A DNA stretch of 64,000 nt from Candidatus Latescibacterota bacterium (GTDB lineage Bacteria; Latescibacterota; UBA2968; UBA8231), in assembly GCA_965215195.1 (NCBI GenBank), contig CBDCDC010000002.1, positions 1,632,001 through 1,696,000 on the forward strand, read 5' to 3'. A program made the translations under genes and the position numbers. Below, one piece after another: positions 27,608 to 37,396 of this stretch (the stretch's first letter is position 1; the number at the start of each line of letters is the position of its first letter). The notes beneath the pieces are model-generated. The model had not been told where the DNA came from and ran no database searches. It saw only the letters and a program-made list of their open reading frames with translations.

Positions 27608-30358
27608 CTACTCGAGACCGGCGAACACGGTGATGAACATAGCCGTTTCAGTGTGTGCCTTTTCGACCGAGGCGCGATCGATCCGCGACACGCGGAACCC
27701 AGTCTGGGTCCATAAGTTGTAGCCTAGGTATTCGGCGTTGTTGGTAAACTGCAAGGCATAAACCATCTCGTTGCGATCCGAGCGCAGCAAATGGGTTTCC
27801 AACTCCTTGCGGAACTGCTCAACGAGCAGGTACTCTAGGCCGGTCTGCAATTCGGTGCGCGACAGGATGGGTACGCGCAGGACCAAAGACCAGAGCTCGC
27901 GCAATTCCGTAGTTGCCACCCGCACCTGGGTGGCCTCGCGGCGCGAAGGACGCTGGCGCTGGAACTCGCTCTTCCAGCGCGGCTGGAACTTGATGACTCC
28001 GAGATCGAACGTGTAATCGACCTTATTGAGGATGCCAAAGAAGGAAGCCGTCTCGCGGATGTCCTGCTCCTCAATGGGCCGCTCGTCGAAATTGGATTGC
28101 TTGAATACCTCCCACTTGAAGCGATTCTTGAAGTGGATGTGGTCACTTTGGTACTGATAGCCTAAGTACAGGGTATTGGCCCAACCATCGCGTAGGGGTA
28201 GAGGATCAGCATAGGGTACGTCGTCGCCGCGTGATCCCTCGAATACAACCCACTCAATCACATCGTCGCGAATATCGTCCTGGACTTTACGGTAGTTATT
28301 GTATACTTGCACACGCCCCTTGCTGGCGTAGTCCTTGTCAAAGGTAAGCAAAGCGTAATTAGTGACGTTCTCGCGGGCGTCGGCTAGCTGTCGTTCGTCG
28401 AGGCGACCGACGGTTAGCCGCGCCTCCGGCCCCAAATGGGATCCCACGTAGATATTGTACCCGCGCCGATCCCGTTTGTACAAGTAGTCGGGCTGTTCGT
28501 CGTTTTCGAAGCGGTCAACGATGCCATTGTTGTTCATATCGACGCCGAAGAGGAACTCGGGTCGATCGGATGCATACCGCAAGAACGGCTCCTCGTAATC
28601 GGGAACTGTATTCTCGCGCCAATCATTGTCATTTTGGTTGAAGTCGTTGATGAAGTCGTTGTTCTCGTCAAAACCGGGGAAGACCCGGAGGTCCTGCGAG
28701 AAATTGGCGCGCAGCCAGTCGGGATTGCGGTCTTGATCGTCATTATCGTCGACGAATTCGTAAACGAAACGTCTTTCGTCGTCGTAGTCGATATCGGCCG
28801 CGTCGTTTAGGGTGCCGGCTAAAAAGGTGCTGGTGCTGTAGCTGGGATCAACGCTATAGACCTCGCCGAAGCTGTAGTAGGGATACGCTCGCTTATAGGC
28901 ATTGATAAACCAAGCGTCGGCCGAGATATTGTGGGCTTGGTGATTGGTCACATCAATCTCGGACCGCCGCGGGTAGCGAAAGTGCTGTCGGTTCCGATCG
29001 TATTCACCCGCAAGATAAAATCCGCTGACGTCGGAAACGTCGAGGGTGACGCCGAAAATCTCATTGGCTACCGGCAACCCGTATTTGACGCGCACGAAGC
29101 CTTGGTTTGAGCCATCCTTCACATTGCCGTCAGCACGTACCGTGCGCTCGGGGATACCCTCGGAGAGCAAGACTGGCTGAAAGTTGCGGTTAGCTTGGCG
29201 GTTGGAGGTGACGTCGATCCGGTAATCGTTGGCCAAGAGCAACAGGAACTCAATGCTCTTAATCTGTTCGGGCCGGGGGCCGAAGGAATTGCGGTACTGA
29301 GGACCCTCGAGGTCGTACACTAGCACAATGATTTCGTTGCCATCGGCCGAGAGGAATCCCTCGCGGCGGAAACCACCCTGTACCGACGGGCTGAAGTCGA
29401 GGACATTGCTATCACCAATTTGGCGACGATTACTGATGCGCTCGCCATCGATGGTCGTAATGATCATCTCCTCCTGGAAGAAGGCCGTGCCGGCGATGTT
29501 ATCCTCGGGTGAATCGTCGCTCAAGCGCACTTCAATACGCGTAATGTCGGCGTTGTTCTGGCCCTCGGTAAGCGTACCTTTGAAGGGGTTGCCCTGGAAT
29601 GCCTGCCCCTTGGTCGAGGAGTTGAAAGCATTGACGTAGGTCGCGCCAACCTTGACAAAGTCGCCGACCTGCATGGTGCCGCGACCACCGATCAAGTTGG
29701 TGTCGTTCGAGCGGAAACGAGCAGTGCTGGCCGTCTCTAAGGTTTCGACTTGCCCAGGCGAGCTGGGACGCGACACGAGAAGAGTCGTCTCGTACTTGTC
29801 GGTGGCCAAGTCGAACTGAATACCGGCGAACGTCGGTTTGGAAAAAGTCATCGGCGTCAGCGTCGTGCGGATGCGATCGCCAATGGTCAGGGCATAGGCA
29901 TATTGGCCCTTCTGGTCAGAGGCAATAACCACGCTTGCAAACCAAGAAGAGAATCTGTCCGTCTTGAACAGGCTGCTACCCGAGGTTTGTGGTGCCGCGA
30001 CGCTCCAATCGTAAACGAGTTGGCCGCGGGTGATGTAATTCCCGTAGAGGTCGTAGAAATACGTGCCCTCTTGGTTGGTATTCACAAAGCGCTCATAATG
30101 TCGACGAGCGTAATTGGTATAGTCCTGTTGTCGCCACTGGTACTCGTTGAAGAGTTCCTGGGGCACGTACCACTTCTTCACCGCCGGATCCAGCGCGTCA
30201 AAGAGGACGCCAGGCCCCACAGGGTCGTAATATACTTCTCCACCGCGGCGCACACCCAAGCGCGAACCGAAGTCCTCCTGTGCTAGGAGATGCTCTACCA
30301 CCACTCCCAGCATCAGCAACACAACCGCACCGATGCGGCAACTCCTAGCTGTGTTCAC
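27608..30358 (-). CDS. Large hypothetical exported protein, probable outer-membrane beta-barrel with acidic loops
   Basis: Signal peptide, many alternating amphipathic strands, terminal strand MFITVFAGLE, and loops DDNDDQD and DMNNNGIVD. Confidence 0.65.
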   Translation of the reverse strand: MNTARSCRIGAVVLLMLGVVVEHLLAQEDFGSRLGVRRGGEVYYDPVGPGVLFDALDPAVKKWYVPQELFNEYQWRQQDYTNYARRHYERFVNTNQEGTYFYDLYGNYITRGQLVYDWSVAAPQTSGSSLFKTDRFSSWFASVVIASDQKGQYAYALTIGDRIRTTLTPMTFSKPTFAGIQFDLATDKYETTLLVSRPSSPGQVETLETASTARFRSNDTNLIGGRGTMQVGDFVKVGATYVNAFNSSTKGQAFQGNPFKGTLTEGQNNADITRIEVRLSDDSPEDNIAGTAFFQEEMIITTIDGERISNRRQIGDSNVLDFSPSVQGGFRREGFLSADGNEIIVLVYDLEGPQYRNSFGPRPEQIKSIEFLLLLANDYRIDVTSNRQANRNFQPVLLSEGIPERTVRADGNVKDGSNQGFVRVKYGLPVANEIFGVTLDVSDVSGFYLAGEYDRNRQHFRYPRRSEIDVTNHQAHNISADAWFINAYKRAYPYYSFGEVYSVDPSYSTSTFLAGTLNDAADIDYDDERRFVYEFVDDNDDQDRNPDWLRANFSQDLRVFPGFDENNDFINDFNQNDNDWRENTVPDYEEPFLRYASDRPEFLFGVDMNNNGIVDRFENDEQPDYLYKRDRRGYNIYVGSHLGPEARLTVGRLDERQLADARENVTNYALLTFDKDYASKGRVQVYNNYRKVQDDIRDDVIEWVVFEGSRGDDVPYADPLPLRDGWANTLYLGYQYQSDHIHFKNRFKWEVFKQSNFDERPIEEQDIRETASFFGILNKVDYTFDLGVIKFQPRWKSEFQRQRPSRREATQVRVATTELRELWSLVLRVPILSRTELQTGLEYLLVEQFRKELETHLLRSDRNEMVYALQFTNNAEYLGYNLWTQTGFRVSRIDRASVEKAHTETAMFITVFAGLE

Positions 30359-30411
30359 AAAAGCCCTCCCTCGTTTATCAAATTTCCGGTCTGAGTTGCA
30401 ACGTATTCCAA

Positions 30412-33400
30412 TCAGTAGGCAACGTGGACGAGGCGCACGAGTTGGTTATCCTTGTCGTCGGCCTCAACCTCAATCCGGCAGAGATAGATCCCCGGCGACA
30501 CGACCTGTCCATCCAAATCCCGCCCGTTCCAGATGAACGTCTGATCTCCCACTTTGCCGCTCCCCGTCGCACCCTGTCCCCGGCCGACCAATCGACCACT
30601 CAGATCGTAAAATGCCACCCCCAACGGCCGCTCTTCCAATACCTTCAACAGCGCGAAATGCACCAAAAGCTCATCGTTGATCCCGTCGCCGTTGGGCGTA
30701 AAGATCGGTGTCAGCACTACGTCTTGGATCAACGAACCTAGCAAGGCCATCAGACTGACCCGCGTCGTCGAGGAGTCCACCAACTCAGTGGCGTCCTCGG
30801 CGTCGGTATCGACCCGCTGGAAGACGCCCTCATCGGAGTCTGACGCACGAACAAAGGAGGTGAACTCAATGCCCTCGCGGAAGCTCTGCGAATCGAACTG
30901 TATCTCGATGAGAGCGTGCGCCTCAGCGGGCAAGTCGGCGTTGAGCGAGAAGGGAAAGCGGACCCAGATGGAGTCCTCTGCCGTCGCTATGCGCTCCAGT
31001 ACCGAGCCATCCTCGGTACGCAAGATTCCGTCATCACCCTCGGTAAAGGCGCGGTCGAAGCGCGTGGTTACCGCTGAGGTTCGCATTTGATCTGGGTTGA
31101 TGAGCGAGGGTGTCTGGTTGACCTCAACCCGGCCGAGGCGGATTCCGGTCAGACGCACGGCGCGCGGAGTGACGACCAGCACCTCATTGAAGCCATCGCG
31201 CACGGTGGCATCGGTGGGGTCGGGTGCGGCAGCGCGGATAAAATAAGAAAATCGCTGAGGTTTGAGCGGATTGATATCGCGCGGCGGAGTGTAGTCGGCC
31301 GGCAAAACATCTAAGTTGGTCAGCCTCTTTGTCGTCCCCTCGTCGCTTACCAGCGCCAACTCACCAGCCAACTCCAGTGCCAGCGGCGGTGCGAGCTCAA
31401 TGCGCAACTCGCGGATTCGCGCCGTCTTGAAGGGATTCTCAGAGGAGATATTGACCCGGACCTGGATGAATTTGCGCGGATTGGGTGAGGTGATCGTCGC
31501 CTCATTGACGCCGTTAGTAGGCAGATAGCTCTCGCTCCATGCGCTCCAGCCGACGAAGGCCAACTCGCCATCCTTAGCAAAGCTCGTACGCGGTGCTCGG
31601 CGCAATTTCTTGCCATCTTCGTCGATGAGTCCGTCGCCGTCATTGTCGATGAGGTCAATGGGATCTTCATCGTTGGCACCGTCACCATCGTCGTCCTTGC
31701 GCGAAGCGTGTCTCTTGTTGTCGGGCAGAGTCTGCCAGATCTCCCATGCCAACCACTCCAAGGCTATCTCGTTGTAAACACTTTCTGATACTTCCTCTCG
31801 CTCTTCGCTGCCAGCGATGCTGACGACCTGATAGTAAGTAAAATTGGTGTCCGTCTGATCGGAGGTGCGGGTCTGTACCTGCAAGCGGACATCCGGGTGA
31901 AGATCCAGCGGCTCAATCCGCTCAATAGACTCACCAGTGAGCGGATCGGTGTCGCGGATGAGGACGTCCCCCTCCCAAGCGATGCTCGGCAGGGTCTTGC
32001 GGATGAAGTTGCCGCGCGAATCGGTCAGGGAGATAGGTGGCGAGTACGCCCACACGCTCACCGGATACCCTTCGCCGTAGAGCTGGATCTCGGCCATGGT
32101 CGCCAACGCACCATAGCGGCCCGACTGATGCCCGGTGACGTCGATATCGCGGACCTGTAGGAAGCGGATCTTGCGAGGGGCAAAAGCCTCTTGGAAAATG
32201 CGCACTACTGGCGTGTGGTTGTCGATATGCTCCTCGCTAATGATGTTGTCCCATTTGATCCCCTCTTCGAGCTGGGGGAAATCGTTGCGGTCTTTCATGC
32301 TCAAGGGTTTGAGCAGCGTACCGTCGGAGACTAAGATGCCCGGCCCCAAGAAGGCACCCAAGTGGCTCTGGTTGATGCGCTTGTTGACCACCGAAAGATT
32401 ATCGACCCAGAACACGGCTCCTAAATCGTACCAAGCTGTGCCCTTGACGTAAACTGGCGACCAAGTATTGGCAGTCCACTGCGAGTCGTACAACCCGTCG
32501 GTGGCCAACTCGGGAGCACCCAAGCCACCGTGTTCAAACGAGGCACCACCGCGCTTTTCGGGCTGCAGTGAGTAGTTGTCGCCCTTAGCCCAGACTCGGA
32601 CCTCGGAGATGCGGGGAACCTCCTTGACATAGTAGAGGATTGGCCCGCGCTTTTCTTCGGGGAGGGTTTGGTATTTTTCGCGGGCGGTCTGGTTGGCATC
32701 GTCTTGGAGCTCGACGAGCAAACCGCCGGCTGTCTGGCGCTGATAGACAAGCGCACCACGCTGCTCCTCGGGTAGTGCTTCATAAGCAAGGTGCGCCTCT
32801 TCACCGGCCCCTAGAAAGGAATCGCGCCAGAGATCCGAATCTGTAATTTTGACGCGGACATACTGGATGAAGGCTCCACCAATATCGGGCAGACCGTCCA
32901 AGTCCCAGTCGGCCCGATCCAGCGGCGAAAGAGGGAAGGTCATCTGTACGTAGCGCCCCCCGGTCCCGGGGACCGAAACCAGAGTCACTTCACCAGTCTC
33001 AACTCCCCCACCCCCTGCACAGCGGGTCTCACCGGCAAAACCCACACTTTCGTCGCGCACACACTGAGCCAACTTGCCGGCGACGAATCCAGTCAAGACT
33101 TCTTCTACGAGTGTGAACTGGAGATTGTTGCCCAAGGGAAAAGGAAAACGCTCGCCCATTGAGGCGAAGAGTGCTAATGCCTTGACCGGTTGGCCGAGGA
33201 ATCTGTCTTCGAACTGACCGGCAGGAAAGATGATCGTCAAGCTATCGGCGAAAACTAGCCTCCCTAGGTCTATTTCAAGCTCCCAATTGCTGAGTCCGTC
33301 GAGATTGAAGTCGCCGGGATCGCTCAAGCGGCTTGCAAAGCTGACCGGCGTATCCGGCTCCCAGAATGTGCTCAAGTCGTTGTCGAGAATATTGTTGGCC

Positions 33401-33747
33401 AAGGGGTCGTTGGATTTGGCGGTCGCGCCGCCAGTAGTTAGCGCACCGGCAGCGCGGACTAAGTCGGGATAGGTGAAGTCTCTAGCTGTGGGGCCGACAT
33501 TGATATTGCGGCGGAAAAACACCGGTCGCAGCCCGTCGGTCCCAACTTGGAAGATATCCGTTTCCCTGAGCGGTACGTTCAAGCTCGTGACCAGATCGTT
33601 CTGATATATCCAATTTCCCCAGAGAGAAGCCCGATCCACGAGGATCGCATTTCCTTGGAGGCGATAGGCATCGCTGTTCTGGGCCAGACAAAAATTCGGC
33701 ATAGATACTACGACGAGGGGAATTCCCCACTTTAGCAGCCGCTTCAT
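30412..33747 (-). CDS. Large exported protein with discoidin-like segments and a CHU_C/FlgD-type C-terminal domain
   Basis: Signal peptide, DNDLSTFW...IDLG, DGLYDSQW...DLG, two DDGDG..DED repeats, and FTPNGDGINDE...YDLSGR...WNGRD...PGIYLCR...VAY. Confidence 0.85.
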   Translation of the reverse strand: MKRLLKWGIPLVVVSMPNFCLAQNSDAYRLQGNAILVDRASLWGNWIYQNDLVTSLNVPLRETDIFQVGTDGLRPVFFRRNINVGPTARDFTYPDLVRAAGALTTGGATAKSNDPLANNILDNDLSTFWEPDTPVSFASRLSDPGDFNLDGLSNWELEIDLGRLVFADSLTIIFPAGQFEDRFLGQPVKALALFASMGERFPFPLGNNLQFTLVEEVLTGFVAGKLAQCVRDESVGFAGETRCAGGGGVETGEVTLVSVPGTGGRYVQMTFPLSPLDRADWDLDGLPDIGGAFIQYVRVKITDSDLWRDSFLGAGEEAHLAYEALPEEQRGALVYQRQTAGGLLVELQDDANQTAREKYQTLPEEKRGPILYYVKEVPRISEVRVWAKGDNYSLQPEKRGGASFEHGGLGAPELATDGLYDSQWTANTWSPVYVKGTAWYDLGAVFWVDNLSVVNKRINQSHLGAFLGPGILVSDGTLLKPLSMKDRNDFPQLEEGIKWDNIISEEHIDNHTPVVRIFQEAFAPRKIRFLQVRDIDVTGHQSGRYGALATMAEIQLYGEGYPVSVWAYSPPISLTDSRGNFIRKTLPSIAWEGDVLIRDTDPLTGESIERIEPLDLHPDVRLQVQTRTSDQTDTNFTYYQVVSIAGSEEREEVSESVYNEIALEWLAWEIWQTLPDNKRHASRKDDDGDGANDEDPIDLIDNDGDGLIDEDGKKLRRAPRTSFAKDGELAFVGWSAWSESYLPTNGVNEATITSPNPRKFIQVRVNISSENPFKTARIRELRIELAPPLALELAGELALVSDEGTTKRLTNLDVLPADYTPPRDINPLKPQRFSYFIRAAAPDPTDATVRDGFNEVLVVTPRAVRLTGIRLGRVEVNQTPSLINPDQMRTSAVTTRFDRAFTEGDDGILRTEDGSVLERIATAEDSIWVRFPFSLNADLPAEAHALIEIQFDSQSFREGIEFTSFVRASDSDEGVFQRVDTDAEDATELVDSSTTRVSLMALLGSLIQDVVLTPIFTPNGDGINDELLVHFALLKVLEERPLGVAFYDLSGRLVGRGQGATGSGKVGDQTFIWNGRDLDGQVVSPGIYLCRIEVEADDKDNQLVRLVHVAY

Positions 33748-33782
33748 AGCAAACCCTCTCTTTCAGTGCTTTCCTCCTAAGG

Positions 33783-36266
33783 CTAATACGCTACAGAAAC
33801 GATGCGCGTTTGGGCATCGCCCGCATCATCGGCTTCGGCCGAAATGCGCAATACGTAGAGGCCCGGCGGTACGCTCTGTCCGCCATCAGCGCGGCCATCC
33901 CACTGTTGCGAATACCCTCCCGACGACAGATAGCGCTCAATAAGACGCAAGCGCCGACCGTTCAAATCGAATATCTCCAGACGCACCGGTTTCGGCGTCA
34001 ACAGGCGCTGTACATCGAAGAGCACGGTCATCTCGTCGTTGACGCCGTCGCCATTGGGGGTAAAAGGATTGGGCGCGGCCTTAAAATTGCTCACCAGATT
34101 CTCGCTCTGGGCCGAAACATCGGCGATAACAGCTAGAGAGTTGCGATCTGAGAGCTGGTCCGTCGCTACGAAGTCCACCACATCGTTGCCCTCCACCCCC
34201 TGCGGCAGAAAGAAAGCCAGCGTATCGAGTGTACCCTCACCGTCTGCGACCGCTAGAATCCCGTTGCGGGTAAAGCGCCGTTCCACATCGGCATCCAAGG
34301 TATCGAGGAAGGCATTGGCGGAGAAGTTAGTGTGGAAATTAATAACCCGGCCTCGGAAGCGGACTTTCATCAACGCATCACGCACTTGTCCGTCCTCGGC
34401 TGGGCCAATGGTCGAAAAACCAACGACGAACTGGTTATCGGCGATGTACAATTCTTGAAATTGCCCTTCTCCAGCCTCGCCTTCGCCGAGCCCGACGCGA
34501 GAGAGAACCTGGACTTGGCCATCGCCCAGATCCACTTCCATCCCCTCAATCTCCTCAGTGTGTGCCGGCGTAAAAACCTGTAGGCGATTAAAGCCGTTGT
34601 TCTCGGGCCCTATGGAAGCTTTCAAGACCAGTACGAAAGAGGTATCGCGGCCGGCGATTACATCTACTGCCGGGGCGATCTCGCCGAGAACTTGATCGGC
34701 GATCTGGGGGGCGGAGTATTCAACGCGCATGTTGCGAATAACTGTCGCCGACTCCGGCGACTGGCTCAGGAACTCTACCTCAACTTGGATAAAGGGCCGC
34801 CCGCTCGGCGCATTGATCAGTTCGCCATTGTCGGCTGTTTGTGCACTGCTCCAGAACTCAAGATCGGGTTCGATGCGGCGCCGGACGCTGACCGGCAATC
34901 CTATATAGTCCTCACGGGTCAAGCGGATCGACTGGCGATCCTCGGGCAGGGCGGCACTGAAGACCTCGCGGGCCTCTATGTTGAATTCCGAGGAGTCCAA
35001 ATGTACTGCTTGGCCTTGAGTCGAGGAACCGAGCCGTCGGTCGATGAGAACTGCCCCCTCTTTCCACTCAACTTCGCGGTCATAGTAGTTGACGCGGAAT
35101 AGCACATCGGGCTCGGCAGTGAATCCTGTCCGCATGCGTACGATCGCTCTCGACTTGGTGGGATCGCCGATTTTTTCTTCATCCCAGAAGATCCTCCCCA
35201 GAGTCGCTGGGGGCAGCGGTAGCGCCTTGGAGGTATATACCGCTTCGGGCATGAAACCGTCAGCGAAAAACTCCATTTCAGCCAAATCGTAGTCCAGCGG
35301 AGTCTGAAAATCGAAGCGCGCGTAGCGCATTTCGGCGAGCGGGTCGAACACTACTGCAATAGTATCTTCCACGTTGACTGGCACACTCGCTTCGGGAACG
35401 AAGGTCGGAAACGTCTCTCCTATCTTGTCGAATCTAGGGAAGCCTAATGGCCCCGTGATCGGATCTTCAAGACTGAGGCCGGCGATCACTGTCTCGGTCC
35501 CAAGCAGACCGCGAAAGAGAGTGTAGGCGGAAACGCGCACTGGCTCTTCGAGGCTGGGATAGAGGCGAAAAAGCCGAATTGGAAAGTAGTGGCCCAAGTC
35601 AATATAGAGGATCCATTGCTGCGTGACGTCTTCCCCCAACCGATCGATGCGTTCAAAATGGGTCAATGGTTCGCCATCGAAGACGCGCCCCAAGCCCTCC
35701 TGCAACCGTATGCCGGTCAAGGCTCTTTCAAATCTACCGAGGGCCGTGAGGTTCAAGCTCTTGTTATACTTATTGCCTCCGGGCGGACGGGGGAAAGACT
35801 CAGCCACGTTGATCATGGCCTCGATCTCGGTGATGCCGGCCCGGCGCAATAATTGGATGGCTTCCAAGCTGCGCGGGAAAGGGCTCCAGCGAGGAATCAG
35901 CACCGTGCCTTCCTCGACGATTATACCATCTTCGCGTTCCGCATCGGTCAGGGACACCACATCGGTCCTAGTCACATTGAGCGAAAAGGCGAAGAGGATA
36001 GAGTCAATCGCCGCATCTACTTCGTCGGAAGTTAAGGCGAGGGAAATTTCGGGAACGGGCACTATGCGCACGGGCGCGATGGGGCCAATGCCGTTCTCAT
36101 AATTTTCGAGATCTACTAGTTCAATAAAGGTATTCTCTGAGACCGACCCCTGTTTGACGTCGCCCCAAGTGGAATTGCCAGGAATGGATAACAAGCGCAA
36201 CTCCGCGGCAGCGTTCACCACCCAACCCGACAAAACTAGCACAGCGACACAAATCCCTATTCTCAT
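33783..36266 (-). CDS. Large exported protein with a CHU_C/FlgD-type C-terminal domain (paralog family)
   Basis: Signal peptide, FDGEPLTHF...IDLG, and PNPFTPNGDGVNDE...FDLNGR...WDGR...PGLYVLR...VAY. Confidence 0.85.
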   Translation of the reverse strand: MRIGICVAVLVLSGWVVNAAAELRLLSIPGNSTWGDVKQGSVSENTFIELVDLENYENGIGPIAPVRIVPVPEISLALTSDEVDAAIDSILFAFSLNVTRTDVVSLTDAEREDGIIVEEGTVLIPRWSPFPRSLEAIQLLRRAGITEIEAMINVAESFPRPPGGNKYNKSLNLTALGRFERALTGIRLQEGLGRVFDGEPLTHFERIDRLGEDVTQQWILYIDLGHYFPIRLFRLYPSLEEPVRVSAYTLFRGLLGTETVIAGLSLEDPITGPLGFPRFDKIGETFPTFVPEASVPVNVEDTIAVVFDPLAEMRYARFDFQTPLDYDLAEMEFFADGFMPEAVYTSKALPLPPATLGRIFWDEEKIGDPTKSRAIVRMRTGFTAEPDVLFRVNYYDREVEWKEGAVLIDRRLGSSTQGQAVHLDSSEFNIEAREVFSAALPEDRQSIRLTREDYIGLPVSVRRRIEPDLEFWSSAQTADNGELINAPSGRPFIQVEVEFLSQSPESATVIRNMRVEYSAPQIADQVLGEIAPAVDVIAGRDTSFVLVLKASIGPENNGFNRLQVFTPAHTEEIEGMEVDLGDGQVQVLSRVGLGEGEAGEGQFQELYIADNQFVVGFSTIGPAEDGQVRDALMKVRFRGRVINFHTNFSANAFLDTLDADVERRFTRNGILAVADGEGTLDTLAFFLPQGVEGNDVVDFVATDQLSDRNSLAVIADVSAQSENLVSNFKAAPNPFTPNGDGVNDEMTVLFDVQRLLTPKPVRLEIFDLNGRRLRLIERYLSSGGYSQQWDGRADGGQSVPPGLYVLRISAEADDAGDAQTRIVSVAY

Positions 36267-36406
36267 TCCGTTACTCCTCTCCTCGGTAGAGTTTGCGCTC
36301 TCGCCCAGGTTGGCATAGGCATTGGGAACGAGCTGTTAGGCGATACAAGCAGCTATAGCTAGAGAAAAATGATAGATAAGTGACAATATAAGTAACAATT
36401 TTAAGC

Positions 36407-36442
36407 GCAAAGAGAGGGAGGATGCTTCCCCCCTCTCTTTGC
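36407..36442 (-). terminator. Hairpin downstream of the CBM9-like gene
   Basis: gcaaagagagggagga...tccccCctctctttgc, a near-perfect stem just after the stop at 36477. Confidence 0.65.
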
Positions 36443-36476
36443 TTTGCACAGGTCAAACAACAGGATGTTCGATCGC

Positions 36477-37379
36477 CTACTCGCTCAGCGAGGCCTTGAT
36501 GCGACCCCAAGAGTCTTCTTCGACCGCCGTACCGATATCGCCACCGGCACCTACCAAGCGAGCATCGACAAAGCGCTCGGCAAAGCGCCAAGTTGCGGCC
36601 TGACCAGATATGGTGTGGAAGGCGCGATCTTGGCCCGGAGCCTGATCCGTATCCGGCGTCGAAATTTGGTAACCAATGATCTTACCTTCGAAGAGAGACG
36701 ACGCAACGCTGTCGTCGGGGCTATTCCAGATCAGATCGTCGAAAGGCGTACAGAAAAATTCGATGATGCTGACCGTTGGTCCGTCGCCAATGGAGACGCC
36801 ACCACCATCGGCATAGGGCAGATCGTTGACCCACTCAGAGCCTGCACCAAGGTAGAAGACATGGCGACCCGAGGGGTCGTCCGCGACAGCGATGTACTGC
36901 TGCGCCGTGCGGTTGTTGTTCAGTTTCTTCTCTTCGTCGGTCCAGTCGGGGTTGGCCGAACCAGTGTAGTCGCCCCCAGTGTGGTCGCCATCGAGCATGA
37001 CTTCAATCGCCTCGTAATTCCAAGGGCTGCTGCCGTCGTACTCTCTGCCGAAATACACGTTATCGATGCGCTCCATGGCGAACCAGATCGTGCCTTGGCT
37101 GGCGTTCCAACCCGACCAGATGCGATAGTCGAGGTCCGCCGGGTCGTACTGTGCACCGTCGCCCACTGTGGGATCTTGGTATAGATCAGTGGGGAGAAAC
37201 TGGGGATCACCGACTACATCTTCCCAATCCTCAACGGTGCCATCGGTAAAGTCGAGGTCACCTATATCCTCATCGACCATTTCAAAGAGCAGGTAAACCT
37301 GTTCTCCAATATGCGCATTGGCACCGCTTGTCAGGCCCAGTATCAGACCCATAGCGACAAGGCCATATAGACGTTTCAT
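36477..37379 (-). CDS. Exported CBM9/DOMON-like protein with a C-terminal TAVE..SWGR.K motif, paralog of 12130-13062
   Basis: GGAAGGAG RBS, ATG at 37379, signal peptide ending ANA, DGTVEDW, GWN, EAIEVMLDGDHTGG, SGQ...RF..RF.D, TAVEEDSWGRIK. Confidence 0.8.
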   Translation of the reverse strand: MKRLYGLVAMGLILGLTSGANAHIGEQVYLLFEMVDEDIGDLDFTDGTVEDWEDVVGDPQFLPTDLYQDPTVGDGAQYDPADLDYRIWSGWNASQGTIWFAMERIDNVYFGREYDGSSPWNYEAIEVMLDGDHTGGDYTGSANPDWTDEEKKLNNNRTAQQYIAVADDPSGRHVFYLGAGSEWVNDLPYADGGGVSIGDGPTVSIIEFFCTPFDDLIWNSPDDSVASSLFEGKIIGYQISTPDTDQAPGQDRAFHTISGQAATWRFAERFVDARLVGAGGDIGTAVEEDSWGRIKASLSE

Positions 37380-37396
37380 AAGCTGCGACTCCTTCC

